Source: Octopus bimaculoides (Eukaryota). From it: 64,000 nt of DNA. The stretch lies in assembly GCF_001194135.2 (NCBI RefSeq), contig NC_068993.1:55635781-55699780 (forward strand). The letters run 5' to 3'. Under the pieces are notes generated by a model. That model was not told where the DNA came from and did not search any database. It worked only from the letters and a program-made list of their open reading frames with translations. A program made the translations under genes and the position numbers. Shown here in pieces: positions 36,930 to 49,320 of the stretch (positions are counted from its first letter, which is position 1; each line of letters starts with the position of its first letter).

Positions 36930-37002
36930 TAGAATATTTGGCTGAAGATCGGAATGGGGTAATTCATACCCTTAACCGTGAAACGTCGTACCAAATTAAC
37001 TA
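36930..37002 (+). ncRNA. Type I hammerhead ribozyme fold (minimal stem III, Penelope-associated type)
   Basis: Core CTGAAGA (36942-36948) and GAAA (36980-36983). Stem I ATTTGG/CCAAAT plus TAG/CTA; stem II CGG/CCG plus GGGTA/TACCC; stem III AC/GT with a GTC loop; GUA cleavage triplet at 36988-36990. Confidence 0.65.
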
Positions 37003-37177
37003 AAGGCAGGTTTGTTTCTTTACTCTTCTCTTCTGTTTTTTGTTCTGTGTGTACCATAAATATCGCTATCAATTAGAGAAAAATTTGTAGTTTTGGAATC
37101 AGTAGTTCTTTGGCTGCTATTTCTGAATTCTCAGTATGTTGGAGAAGCAGGATACTGCTAATCCCTATATATTTATG

Positions 37178-37226
<49 letters not shown>

Positions 37227-37429
37227 ATATATACATCAAACAAGATACACTTATATATACACACAAGACAAAGTACACTTATATATACATCAGACATGGT
37301 GCAGTGTTATATATATCAAACATGGTACAGTTATTTATAAACCCCAGATATAGTAAAATGATATTTATATATATCAGACAAGGTAAATTATCTATATACA
37401 TGACAAAGGGATATGAAATTGAGACTAAC

Positions 37430-37534
37430 TTGAATCAGCTTTGACACATCAGCTCCTTTGACATCATTTAATTTGGCGGAAAGCAAAAGACACACTCCAG
37501 CACACAACTTTCGATTCTGTTTGTTGATGAAATG
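37430..37534 (-). CDS. CABLES1: CABLES exon (cyclin fold)
   Basis: [35 protein letters not shown], compared with human [19 protein letters not shown]. 105 nt, AG/GT flanks. Confidence 0.95.
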
Positions 37535-38626
37535 CTGTAGAGAAGATAAAAATACAGTTGTTGTTGTTATAATAATAATAATAATAATAACAATAATAAT
37601 AATGATAATAATAATAACAAGAGCACTCAGAGCAAACCTCCACCAAGGCAATACCAACGTTCTCTCAACAATTAGCCGGAGATGATTTTTAAAATGAGAA
37701 TATCTGAAATAAACTCGACTGCTCTCACAAACGAGAATACTAAAAAAATGAACCCAACCGCTCTCACAAATTAAGTAAGAAAAAAAAACAGAAAAATAAT
37801 CCAGAATCCTTGTCTGGTTCTGGATTGATCTCAAAATCTGATAATTTCATGCCAGTCACGAGGCCAAACATCTCTGAAAGTTTCATCTGAATCCATCCAG
37901 CAGTTCTTGAGATATGTTGTCCATGGACAAGCAAACAGACAAACACAACTGAAAACAATACCTCCGCCTTCACTAAGGCAGAGGTAATAATGGTTTCAAA
38001 TATTGGCACAAGGCCAGCAATTTTAGGGGGAAGTGTATGTCAATTACATTGACCTTAGTACTCAACTGGTGCTTATTTTATCAACCTCGAAAGACTGAGA
38101 GGCAAAGTTGACCTTGGTAGAATTTGAACTCAGAACATACCACTCAGCATTTTGGTCAATGCACTAATGATTTTACCACCTTCATAATAATAATAATAAT
38201 AATAATAATCCTTTCTATCATGGGCACAAAATTTCTATCCCCCTACCCCTATAATTTTGGGGTAGGGGGATAATTGATTACATTGAACCCAGTGTTCAGC
38301 TGACATTTATTTTATTGACCCTGAAAGGATGAAAGGCAAAGTCAACTTTGTTGGAATTTGAACTCAGAATGTGAAGACAGACAAAATGCCAATAAGCAGA
38401 AGAAATACTGCAAGGCATTTTGCTCGATGCTCCAACAATGACAACAGTAACTCTTTTTCTAATTTAAGTACAAAGCCATCAGTTTTGAGGGGAGGGGATT
38501 CGGTCAGTAACATGAATCATATTACATCAAGCCTGACCTTGGCAATATTTGAACTCAGAGCATCAGGCAATATGCCTTGAGATATTTGTTCAGGCTGGTT
38601 ATTTTCCAACAACAACAACAATAATG

Positions 38627-38657
<31 letters not shown>

Positions 38658-38988
38658 TTGTTCTTAATTTAGGACAAGGCCAGCAATTCTGAGGGGAGAG
38701 GGAGTCAGTCCATTATATTAAACTGATACTTTATTTTATCAACCCTGGAAAAGGATGAAAGCAAAGGTGGCCTTGACAAGATTTGGACTCAGTATAATAA
38801 TGATGATGTGGAGGAGGAGAAGGAGGAGGAGGCTTGAATTGTAATTCAACAGAAATTTAAAATGTTGCTACTTCTCATGTTCAGAAAAATGAAATATATA
38901 TGTGTGTGTGTGTGTGTGCATATATCTATATATATATATATACATAAAATAAAAATTAAAATGAAAGAAAGAAGAAATCTGAACTTAC

Positions 38989-39051
38989 TTTTAGAATGAG
39001 TTTTTCAAAGAAGACGTATGCTTGGGCCACAACCCACATATCAGCATTACA
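38989..39051 (-). CDS. CABLES1: CABLES exon
   Basis: CNADMWVVAQAYVFFEKLILK, compared with human TVAMAFVYFEKLALK. 63 nt, ttctttag/gtaagt flanks. Confidence 0.93.
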
Positions 39052-39320
39052 CTAAAGAATAACAACAAATGGAAAAAATAATTCAGTGTAGAAATAAACA
39101 TAAGATGTTTTATCAGACTTTCAATTCAATGTTTCTACCTGGTGGAGACAAGACTTTAATGGTAATCTAATTAAATCTCCAGGCAGCGTTTAGATAATGT
39201 CTAAATCTTTAGTTAAAACAGCAACAAGGAGACTAAATATTCAGCTAAAACAGCTAATCATCTACATTCCCAGCTAAAACTGCATTAATATAACTAGAAA
39301 CAGTTGTAATTTGGTCAAAT

Positions 39321-39603
39321 CAGTGGTTCTCAACCATTTTATTTTTACCTATGAACCCCTTCTGATTCCTATTTTACTTGGGGGAATGGGGCAGAAGACC
39401 CTCATGGCCATTTGATGTCTGAAGACACCTATCATATTTTTATAATTAAATATTACTAGGAACTGTATAAAAAACTGTTAAAATTATTTTGTGTACTCTA
39501 AAAGTATAACAAGTTTATTTCACAACAAAATCTTATGTGGACCCCCCAACCCAGGGCCATATGAACCTCCAAGGGCCAAATGGACCCCAGTTGAAAACCA
39601 CTG
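39321..39603. mobile_element. hAT-type MITE
   Basis: TIRs CAGTGGTTCTCAAC ... GTTGAAAACCACTG. The flanking 8-mers ggtcaaat and gattaaaa match at 5/8 positions (decayed TSD). Confidence 0.7.
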
Positions 39604-39884
39604 GATTAAAACCTCAGTTAAAACCGTTGTAATTAGGTTAAATCTTCAGTTAAAACTAGTATGTTGTCCAAATCTTCAACTAGAACAGAAATAATGTGTT
39701 AAAACCTTCAGTTAAAATAATAGTAATCTATCTAAGCATTCAATTAAAATAATGGCAATTGTTTACATTTTCTGTTAAAATGGGAAATTTGTCAAAATCT
39801 GAAGCTTAAATTATGGTATTATATCCAAACATTCAGTTAAAACAGTGATGATTTGTTGATGGACTCAGTGAAAATATTACTTAC

Positions 39885-39921
39885 TTTGGTGTGTGCTATT
39901 ATTTTCATCTGTTTCTTCAAA
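39885..39921 (-). CDS. CABLES1: CABLES 37-nt exon
   Basis: (S)LKKQMKIIAHTK, compared with human SLKREMRKLA. ttttgcag/gtaagt flanks, phases consistent. Confidence 0.9.
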
Positions 39922-40970
39922 CTGCAAAATAAACAAATACAACAATAGTAAGAAAATCTGGGGGGTGGTGAATGGCAGAAAGTTATCAGAGAAGTCCCCT
40001 GCCTCCATGCATGTGTTTTGGTCCTTAACTTCTTACAGTTTAAGGGGCCTGGCCAGTGGTGTAGCTGTAGAGTGTGCTGCCAGGGGCTGCTCTTGACACC
40101 TGCCTGCGGGCTTACAAACCTATACAAGCTTATACAGCAGACATCGACTTGCCCCACTAGCTATGCTACTGCTCCTGGATACCTCTCTGCTGCCACATTC
40201 TGTGCTGCTGTCTGCATTGCAAATCTCCTGGGTGGCTAAGGTACCCTGGGTATCATACCCATTTCAATCAGAGACATCAGTTGAATGTATACTTAACTTT
40301 ACCTTATCGACCCTGGAGGAATGAAAGGTAAAGTTGGCCTTCGTGGGATTTGAATTCAGAAGGTAAAAAGCTGGAAGGAATACTTCAAAGCAATTTGTTT
40401 CATGCTCCACTGATTCTTCCAAGCCATCGTCCTAACCACCTGAATCCGGTCAATGAAGAATTAAGGTGACACCTTCCTTTTTGGTCAAGCTCTCATTGAC
40501 TTTTGTAAGTTCCACTTGGAAAGCAAAGTGAGAGTGGAGAGGGAAGTGCTTCCTCCCAGTGAATTTGTGAAAAGATGTGACTCGCAAAAATGGTTAGAGT
40601 GAATGGCCCTACTCTAATTATGCACCTGTAGATTGGAGAGTAAGAAAGAGGGCTGATACTTTTGGTGGTCAGGGTAATTCTGGCTTTAATCATTAAAGGA
40701 AGGAGGAGACAAAAAAGAGTGAACTTTACATAATAGGACATGACACACAGACAGATGGTGAGAGATAAGGGTTAAGGTAAAGGTAGAGGGTGAGAGGAGA
40801 TAAAAAAGTGAAATAGAGTCAGTGGTGGTGGGGGATGGGGTAATGAAAGAGACAGGAAATAAGACAGAGGCAGGGATTGATGAGACAGAGACGGGGCTGT
40901 GGACAGGAAGTGGGATAAGACAAAGAGAGTGAAGTGAAATGGAGATAAAAGACATGAAATATCATCTCAC

Positions 40971-41077
40971 CTTCGTAACTTGCTGAGGGTCAACTGAATT
41001 AAAGGAAAACGATTGTGGAACTTTTCATTTAGTTCTTTCTTCAAGCTTGATGGTTTCACATAATCAATGATTGAAGT
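40971..41077 (-). CDS. CABLES1: CABLES exon
   Basis: [35 protein letters not shown], compared with human [35 protein letters not shown]. Confidence 0.96.
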
Positions 41078-41539
41078 CTGTGCGAAAAGACAAGGGGGAG
41101 GTGAATATAGAACACTGATGATGGTGATGGCTTAGTGGATGACAGACATGATGCAATAATGATGATGATGATGATGATGATGATGGCATTGGTGATACAT
41201 TTGATGTAAGGATATCATCATTATTACCCTTAATCATTATAATGATGTATTGTGATATTGGTGGTACCATGTGATACGGTATTGTAGTGTGGTGTTTGAT
41301 GTGATGATCCCTGTTATTGTTATGCTGTAATTCTGAAATGGTGTGGTGCTGTGATATTTGCTGAATTGTGTTGTGTTGCAATACAGTGTTCCTGCGATGC
41401 ATGCTGTGGTGGTGTGTTGTTTATTGATTGCTTCATAGTGACAATGTGATACATTAGTCATACAGTGTTACTTCCATGCTGTAGCAAGTCATATGACAAA
41501 AAAAAAAAAAGGTGTGTTATAGCCTGAAGAAATACCTAC

Positions 41540-41640
41540 TCTGTATGATGGGAAAGTCAGTAGAGTGCGATAACTGCCAGCCTGGAGTTCAGGGTCATCT
41601 AAAAGGTATGGTTCATATTTCAGTTCATCTTCCTCCACAA
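41540..41640 (-). CDS. CABLES1: CABLES exon
   Basis: (V)VEEDELKYEPYLLDDPELQAGSYRTLLTFPSYR, compared with human DYDPNLLDDPQWPCGKHKRVLIFPSY. Confidence 0.93.
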
Positions 41641-42691
41641 CTGATGAAGATATTAAACAAAACATTCAGTTTAATTACACATTGACATATCACACACACA
41701 CACCACATTACATTTGTACTGACATACACTCAGTGGTATTACAGCAATGGTGAGATGGCATTTGTTCTATAACAGTTAGATCGTATCAGTGTTGATAAAC
41801 CAGCAAATGCTATTACAAGACTATCAATCTCTCTCTGTCTCTCACTTGCACACACTCTCTCTCTCTCTTTATACATATATCATCGATGTTAGTGTTATCA
41901 CATTAGTTTATGTTACATGAAGTTAGTAACATTAGTTGTACCAAACTCAGTTTTGCAAATAGTGTTACCACATCAAACCATCTGTGTCACATGTCACACC
42001 AGTGGCTTCACATTGCATTATAACACTATTGTCGCACATTATGTTACATATTATACCAGCAGTGTTGCATTATACTATAGTAGTGATATTAATCATGGAA
42101 AAAACATGGCTCATTCATTGTAGTCTGTTACCTACAAGAGAACAAAAATTCTTATTTTACCACAGAAAATTATGTTAGATATAGAATGGACTATGATGAG
42201 TATAGAACAATCCATAGTATGGTCAATATAGACTGGATTATAGTATGGTGAAATAAAATGGAGTACAGTATGGTGGGCTTAGAATGGATTACAGCATGCC
42301 AGATATAGAAGGGATTATAGCATATTAGGTATAGAAATAATTATAGTATGGCAGGTATAGCATGGATTATAATATAGCAGATAAAGTATGGTGGATATAG
42401 AATGGATTAAAGAATGGTGAATATACAAAAGATTATAGCAGAATGAGTATAGAATAAATAATAATACAGTGGGTGTAGAATGAAAACTTCCATGTTTCTT
42501 GCAATTCACCAACGGTACACCTGATGTACCCCCACCACCCTTTTTTTTAAACGACTCATTCACTGTTCACTTTCTGTGCATTATTCTATATACCGTTCAT
42601 GTGCTTTCCACTACTTTTTCTGATGAGTTGTAGTGCACCTGAGCATTGTATACAGTAAGTTCATTATTATTATTTTTTATTTCACATTTAA

Positions 42692-42911
42692 CCCTTTCGT
42701 TACTGTATTTATTTTGAGATGCTCTGTGTTTCTTTCAATTACTTTAAATATAACAAAGAATTTTGTAAAATAACTTAGTTATAATTCAGCTAGTGTTAGT
42801 AACATAAATTGTAACCAAGGTTTGGTGGAAGATTTTAATTCAAAACTTATGAAAACAAGACATTTGTACTCAGAGCCAGAGCCAGTTTCAGCCAGGTTGG
42901 TAACGAAAGGG
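42692..42911. mobile_element. piggyBac-type MITE with intact TTAA target duplication
   Basis: TTAA|CCCTTTCGTTAC ... GTAACGAAAGGG|TTAA: perfect 12-bp TIR. Confidence 0.85.
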
Positions 42912-43767
42912 TTAATGTTTCAATAGTACATGATATGTATACCCCATGTACAGCTGAACATTTCAGAATGACATCTCAAGAAATATGCACTCCTCACTCA
43001 AGAATTCCAGGTGCTTCAATTTATTTATGATTTTATCACACATATTAGCTTTTGCATCTCCTACTTCCCTTTATGATAGCAACATCTACTGCTATCGCAT
43101 TTCCATACGACCATTTCTCTTTAGCTGCCATTCCCTACCACAATGATCTGAATACACTGTAGCCGCCATCCACTATTATTCACAACCATCACATGTCTAC
43201 AACCACCGACTTCTACACTACTTCATCTATCTTCATTATGAGTCTTTGAAGGGGGCCCTCTACGTGGCCATTTAAGCTGCTTGAGACTGCAAACCAATCT
43301 CTCCTAAATCATACTCCACGATATCAACCTTTAGCATGCTATAAATGCATCATATTACTGTATGAGTTTTCTCCCCTTTCAATGTGACACAATGCACCTA
43401 CAGCTAAGGGGAAGAAAACTTGTACAGTGACATGATGTGCCTAAGTGTGCTAAAGGTTAAGAGAAAAAAAAAGAGACATTGAATAATGCAATCTTAGATA
43501 TCTGAAAATAAGATGGGGTGGTTATGACTGTCATGTCTTTCATCATACGCTTACTCACTCAGGCATGACCTAAGGTTAAACAACCTCTACACAGCAAGCA
43601 TCTGCCATCATGACTTACCTCTGTTGTAGTCATCATGCATCACTGTCACAATCTACCTCTTCTGTAGCTACCATTCATTAACATCAAATGGCCATATTGC
43701 CATCATCTATTACTACACTAACAACCATCCACTACCATCACAAATACCACAAGACGATCTACAATCC

Positions 43768-43807
<40 letters not shown>

Positions 43808-44806
43808 CCTTTCTACTAAAGCCACAAGGCCTGAAATTTTGGTGAAGGGGACTAGTCGACTAGATTGACCTCAGTGTTTCACTGGTACTTAATTTATCAG
43901 CCCTGAACTCAGAACATGAAGACAGGATGAAATACTGGTAAGCATTTCACCCAGCATGCTAACGATTCTGTCAGCTCACCACCTTCAATAATAATAAAAA
44001 TAATAGTAATAATGATGCCGAGACCCCTTTCAGTCATGACTGACCCTGGGATTGCACCTAGAAAGTTACCCTCCCAGGCACAAGTCCGGGCAAGGTTGTT
44101 TATGGAAGACCAGTAGTCGCCCATGCAAATCGGCCTCCCCTCTCCACGCCACCTGTGTTAGGCTGATACACCTTGGCACCAGTGACGTTGCAACTCATTT
44201 CTACAGCTGAGTGAACTGGAGCAACGTGAAATAAAGTGTCTTGCTCAAGAACACAACACGCAAAGTTGACCATGGCAGGATTTGAACTCAGAGTGTAATG
44301 AGTTAGAAGAAATAAATACCACTAGGCATTTTGGCTGATACTCTTACAACCGTACCAGCTCACTGCCTCAGTAATAATAATGATTTCAAATTTTGGCACA
44401 AAGCCAGCAATTTCAGGGGAAAAGGGATAGTTGATTATATTGACCCCAGTGTTCAACTGGTACTTATTTTATCAATCTTGGAAAGATGAAAGACAAAGTC
44501 GACCTTGGCAGAATTTGAACTCAGAACATCAAGATGGATGAAATACCACTAAGCATTTTACCCAACACGCTAATGATTCTGCCAGCTCACCAGCTTTTCC
44601 TTTTCACTAAAGGCACAAGGCCTCAAAGTTGANNNNNNNNNNGGGGGGCTAGCCACTTATATCAACCTCATTACTCAAATGGTACTTATTTCATCGACCC
44701 CCGAAAGGATGAAAGGTAAAGTTGACGGAGATCATAAGGATCGATAAAATACTGCTAAGCATTTTGTCTGATGTGCTAATGATTCTGTCAGCTTGCCATA
44801 ACAATG

Positions 44807-44847
<41 letters not shown>

Positions 44848-45812
44848 TTCTAACAAATTTGGAAAGACAAGGATTGAGTGAATTATATCAATGACAGTAC
44901 ATGACTGATTGTTATTTTACCAACCCTGGAAGGACAAAACACATAGTCAACCTCGGTACATAAAGATACATAGAGTGGTGTCACTTAATTTAAAGGCAAG
45001 AGTAGTGTATGTTGATTACATGATAATTATTTCCATTTATTTAACCTCTTAAGATCTCAACTGTACATATGAGCAGAAGGAGGACTTTTTATTCTTTAAA
45101 ACGACATCAGTTTAAACATCATAATTTTAAATTAGCTTAATGTAATTACTGACAGTATCAACAATGCCACAAAAAATGTCTGTTTGTGAACATGTAAGTA
45201 TGTTCTATGTTGCAAAATTATTGGTCTTCCATCAATCTAGCCATGACTATCCCGTCTTCTTTCCAGGTATATTACTTTCAGGATTGGCTCATTCTGTAAC
45301 CTTAACCGTTTTTGAAGACAATTTAATACAATTGTATTAAGTATGCAAGTTTTTTTTTTCAACAAAACAGAAATGTGTGTATTAATGATTTAGAAGAATG
45401 AAACCATAAGACACTGATAATTGGTTGGATACCTGAAATTTAGGAAAACAGGATCATATCCATGAGGTAATGAATTAATCAATTTGTTGATCACATTATC
45501 TAGAATTTTTTCATATTTTAGATTATATAATCATACGGTTCATTGCATTTCTTGGATTTCCTTGGTTGAATACTCATGTTGATCTGTTTGAAGACACTGC
45601 TGACCACTGCAGCATTCAGATTTTCTAGTGTTTTATTAGCTCATTGGGTCATAGTCATGCTGAAAAATCCACAACCAGCTCAAATGACTCTTGGCACATG
45701 GAACTTATGGAAGTATAATCATTTCCAAGATGTCTAGTTAGGCAGAACTGTTGATGATGTTTGGGACCAATACTTTTTCCAGACATGTAGCCTTAAATCA
45801 TGACATTGTCAT

Positions 45813-45862
45813 CACTAGTCTTAACTAGTCTTCACTAGTCTTAACTAGTCTTCACTAGTCTT
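45813..45862. repeat. 10-bp tandem repeat (C/A)ACTAGTCTT x5
   Basis: Direct inspection. Confidence 0.9.
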
Positions 45863-46516
45863 TTTTTAAAGTGTTCTTAAATTATGTGACATTCATTTTT
45901 GTGACTTCGTTAATACCATCAATAATTTCAAAATGATAAATTAAAATTTCTCACATGTAAACTTAACATTATTTGAAAGAGTAAAAAAAAAATTCTCTTT
46001 TTATTCATATAATTAACTCATGATTAATTAAACAGGTATAATTAACACTTATCCATCAGTGTACTATTGTCTTCAAATTAAGTGAATCCAACTTGTCTTT
46101 TACTCTTCTGATTCTGTCACGGCACCATGCTTAGATAACAACAATAACAACAACAATAATAAGGATTATTAAAATGGTAAGGATGCAAGAAATAGTGAAA
46201 TTAAATGCATTAATAAGTAAAAAAAAAAAAAAGTGCATGGAAACTCTATCACCACCACCACCGCCACCAGAAAAATAAGCAGGCAACAACAGCAACTGTA
46301 GAGCAACAGCTGCTGCTGTATGACAACACATGCAACTGTACAGCTGCAGTTCTTACTGTACAGCAGTTGCTGCAACTGTATAACAACAGCCCTTACTGCA
46401 CAATAACTACTACTGTACAGCAACAGTATGGCAAGGCAATAAATAGCGACCACCTGATTGCAAGATGTTTGGGTGAGAGGAAGATTGTGATCTGCCGGGA
46501 AGCAATCACATCTTAC

Positions 46517-46588
46517 CTGTGTCTAAAGACAATGGTGCACAGCTGACTCTTTGGGAATCATGGGAAATACTACGCAATATCTCGCGAC
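46517..46588 (-). CDS. CABLES1: CABLES exon
   Basis: Long pyrimidine tract and tttag acceptor, (G)REILRSISHDSQRVSCAPLSLDT, donor G|gtaaga. SLDT aligns with human GSLDTG. Confidence 0.85.
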
Positions 46589-47709
46589 CTAAATGGGTTA
46601 GAAAAACACATGGTAGAAAGAACGAGAAAGAGCGAGAAAAATTACGGGTCATAGTAATCATGCACCGTTTCCCTTTTTTTTTTTCAATCCCTTTTTATTC
46701 TTTTGTTTTCCTCTTTTCTTTGTTGTTGATGCTGGAGTTCAGTCAACTCTGCTCCAGAAGGTCCAGACGATCCATAGCTTGGATGTAGTTGGTCGAATGC
46801 TTGAGTGAGATCCACAGACATCTCAGGTCTTGGGTCTTGTAAGTGAACACCTCCTACACTACACTGTCACTTAACAGTAGTGTGACTGCAGTGGCATGGT
46901 GTAGACATGTATGCAATATAGTGTAATAGCAATAGTGTGAGAGCGTAAACATGTGCAAATATAGTTTGGCAGTGAAGGCAGTGTCTAGCGTAGTATGATA
47001 GTATGTAGTGTAGCATAGATATGTATGATATAGTGTGGTAGTGATGACAAAGTCTGGTATAGTATAAGTTGATAAAGTAGACTGAGTGATATTATGTGGT
47101 GTTGTATACATGTGAGGAGTAGTACAGTATTGAAGACATATTGTGTGATAGTAAGGTCATGTTGTGTGGTATGGTGGTGTAGTGTTGTGAAGATATTGAG
47201 TGGCACACAGTGCCATCTTAAGGCATGCGCACACTGGCAGTTGCCCTGAAGCCCCAGGAGTCCAGGGGCCCAGTTCAAATCTATGTATGCTGTGACTTGC
47301 TGTCAATCAATATATACTATAGTGCCTGGTGCATTGGTTTCCCCAAGGGGCCTATAATAGCGTTAAGACAACCTTGGTGGCACAGTTTGGTAGTGAGGGG
47401 ACATGTGTGGGGTGTGGTATGGCATGGTAGTAAGGTAATGTTGTGTGGGGTCTAGTATAGCTGTGGGGTCTAGTATAGCTGTGAGGTCAAATCATGTGGT
47501 GTAGTTTGGCGCTGAGAACTGTGTGATGTGTAGTGTGGTAGCCAAATAATTTTGTGTTGTGAGATATGCAGAGAGAACCGGTTGAACGTGTGGATGTAGT
47601 GTTGTTTGTAGCATAGTAGTGAGGACATGTTGGGTGATGTATGTCAACACAGCAAGTTTGTTTGGAGTGTAGCAAGACAGGTAGAGAGAGTTGTGTGATG
47701 GGGGTGTTA

Positions 47710-47933
47710 TACGAGGGGGTGCTGAAAACTTCCTGGCTTTGGGTAAAAGAAAATTCAGGAGGATCAGTTAATTATGATTTTATTCAACATATTCCCTTCT
47801 CAGATTCACACACTTATTGCAGTGGTCCTTCAGGTTTTTTTCTAAGTCCTGCAAAAAAACTTGGAAGGTCAGGCCTCTAACCAGGCCTTTCACGACACCC
47901 TTAAAGCCAGGAACTTTTCAGCATTCCCTCATA
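47710..47933 (-). mobile_element. Third mariner-type MITE copy, opposite orientation
   Basis: Same TIRs as 9991-10211, with the internal sequence reversed. Confidence 0.75.
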
Positions 47934-48559
47934 ACGCAAACTGCACCAGTTGTAGCTAGTTGGGTCCAACTGGCTTCATATGACTAGAGATAGTTGTTTG
48001 CATAAACTTCTCTGGGTGGTGACATTGGAAAATTGAGTGTACTCATGTAAAATTTCCTTTTCTTTACAGAAATAGTAAATTTATCAGCATGCTCAGCAAA
48101 TAAAGTATCTATCAATAAGAAATGGAAATGTGAGTTAGAGGAATGCATAGCTGCTAAACCAGAAAAACATATATATTTGATGAGCTGTTTCAAAAAGTGG
48201 ACATGAGCTGGAAGAAGAGCTTCTGTGTAGCTGCCTCCCAAATCATAAAGCTATAGGTATGTTTTGCAACAGTTGTAATTAATAACTATTCACACTTCAT
48301 ATTTTAGAGATGAGTTTAATAGTCTGACTAATTAGTGAAGATCTAAAAATCTATCAAAATATAAGAAATAACGCTTGTAAAATATTCACTTTTTAATCTC
48401 TTTTTTTTTTAAATGATAAAGGCTTTTTCAGAACAAGTTAGAATTTTTTAAAATTACAGTTGGGTGGATAAGGTATTATATATCCAGTCTACACAATCTT
48501 GAGTAATGAGTTCAGATCTGTTGTAACCGTTTTGTTGTTTATAAACAGAACACCATAAT

Positions 48560-49320
48560 TTATCTTATCTCTGTTCATCAAAATATCAGGGTTAAATACC
48601 TGATATTATGTCGATGCTAACAGTAATAGACTGGCATCCTGTCCACGATAAGTTTGTCTTGCATCTGCTTCATATCATCATTGTTAGCAGTCAATTGTCA
48701 TGATATGACTGTCCATGGCTTTTCCTTGACTTGATAAGCTTCCTCCATACTGGCCGGGTTTTCACTTGAGTTGGCCATTTATTATAATCAATTTCATTCC
48801 ACTTCATATTCCTTTCGTGCAGTATCTTTGAATCTCAGTCTACGTCTTCCATGATTTCTTTCCCCTTGTATAGTTATGAGTAAAAAAGTTGTCTGTTGTT
48901 GTCCATCCTCTGTACATGTCCCAACCAGCATAAATTTCTATCAATGAAGATTTCCATCACAGGAGGAATACCAGTACACCAGACGACCTCTTCCTTCCTG
49001 ATCGTGTCACAGCTCTCTTATTATATATGCATGTACTTTGAGCATTATAGATTGTCCAGGTTTCAGCTCCATACTGCAGGGAAGAAAGCACTACATCTGC
49101 TCAATGCCATGGAAACAGGACTAAGGGCTCGTTCTCAGGGTTTTAGCAGACATATAGCTTTAATATTTCTGAGGGTCATAACAGTCAGCAGAGGGTATAA
49201 CAAGTCTGCACTAGCTATAAGCAGTCACTTTTTGAGGATATAAATGTCCTTACCTCTGGTTGAAATAGTTACACCTGTTTGTAAATTTTACCACCTCTGG
49301 TTATAGCAGTCACCATATTT
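48560..49320 (-). mobile_element. Decayed RTE (BovB-like) LINE 3' portion
   Basis: The minus strand gives VGHVQRMDN...LRFKDTARK-like segments and a YxxETW-like motif, with stops and frameshifts. Confidence 0.65.
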
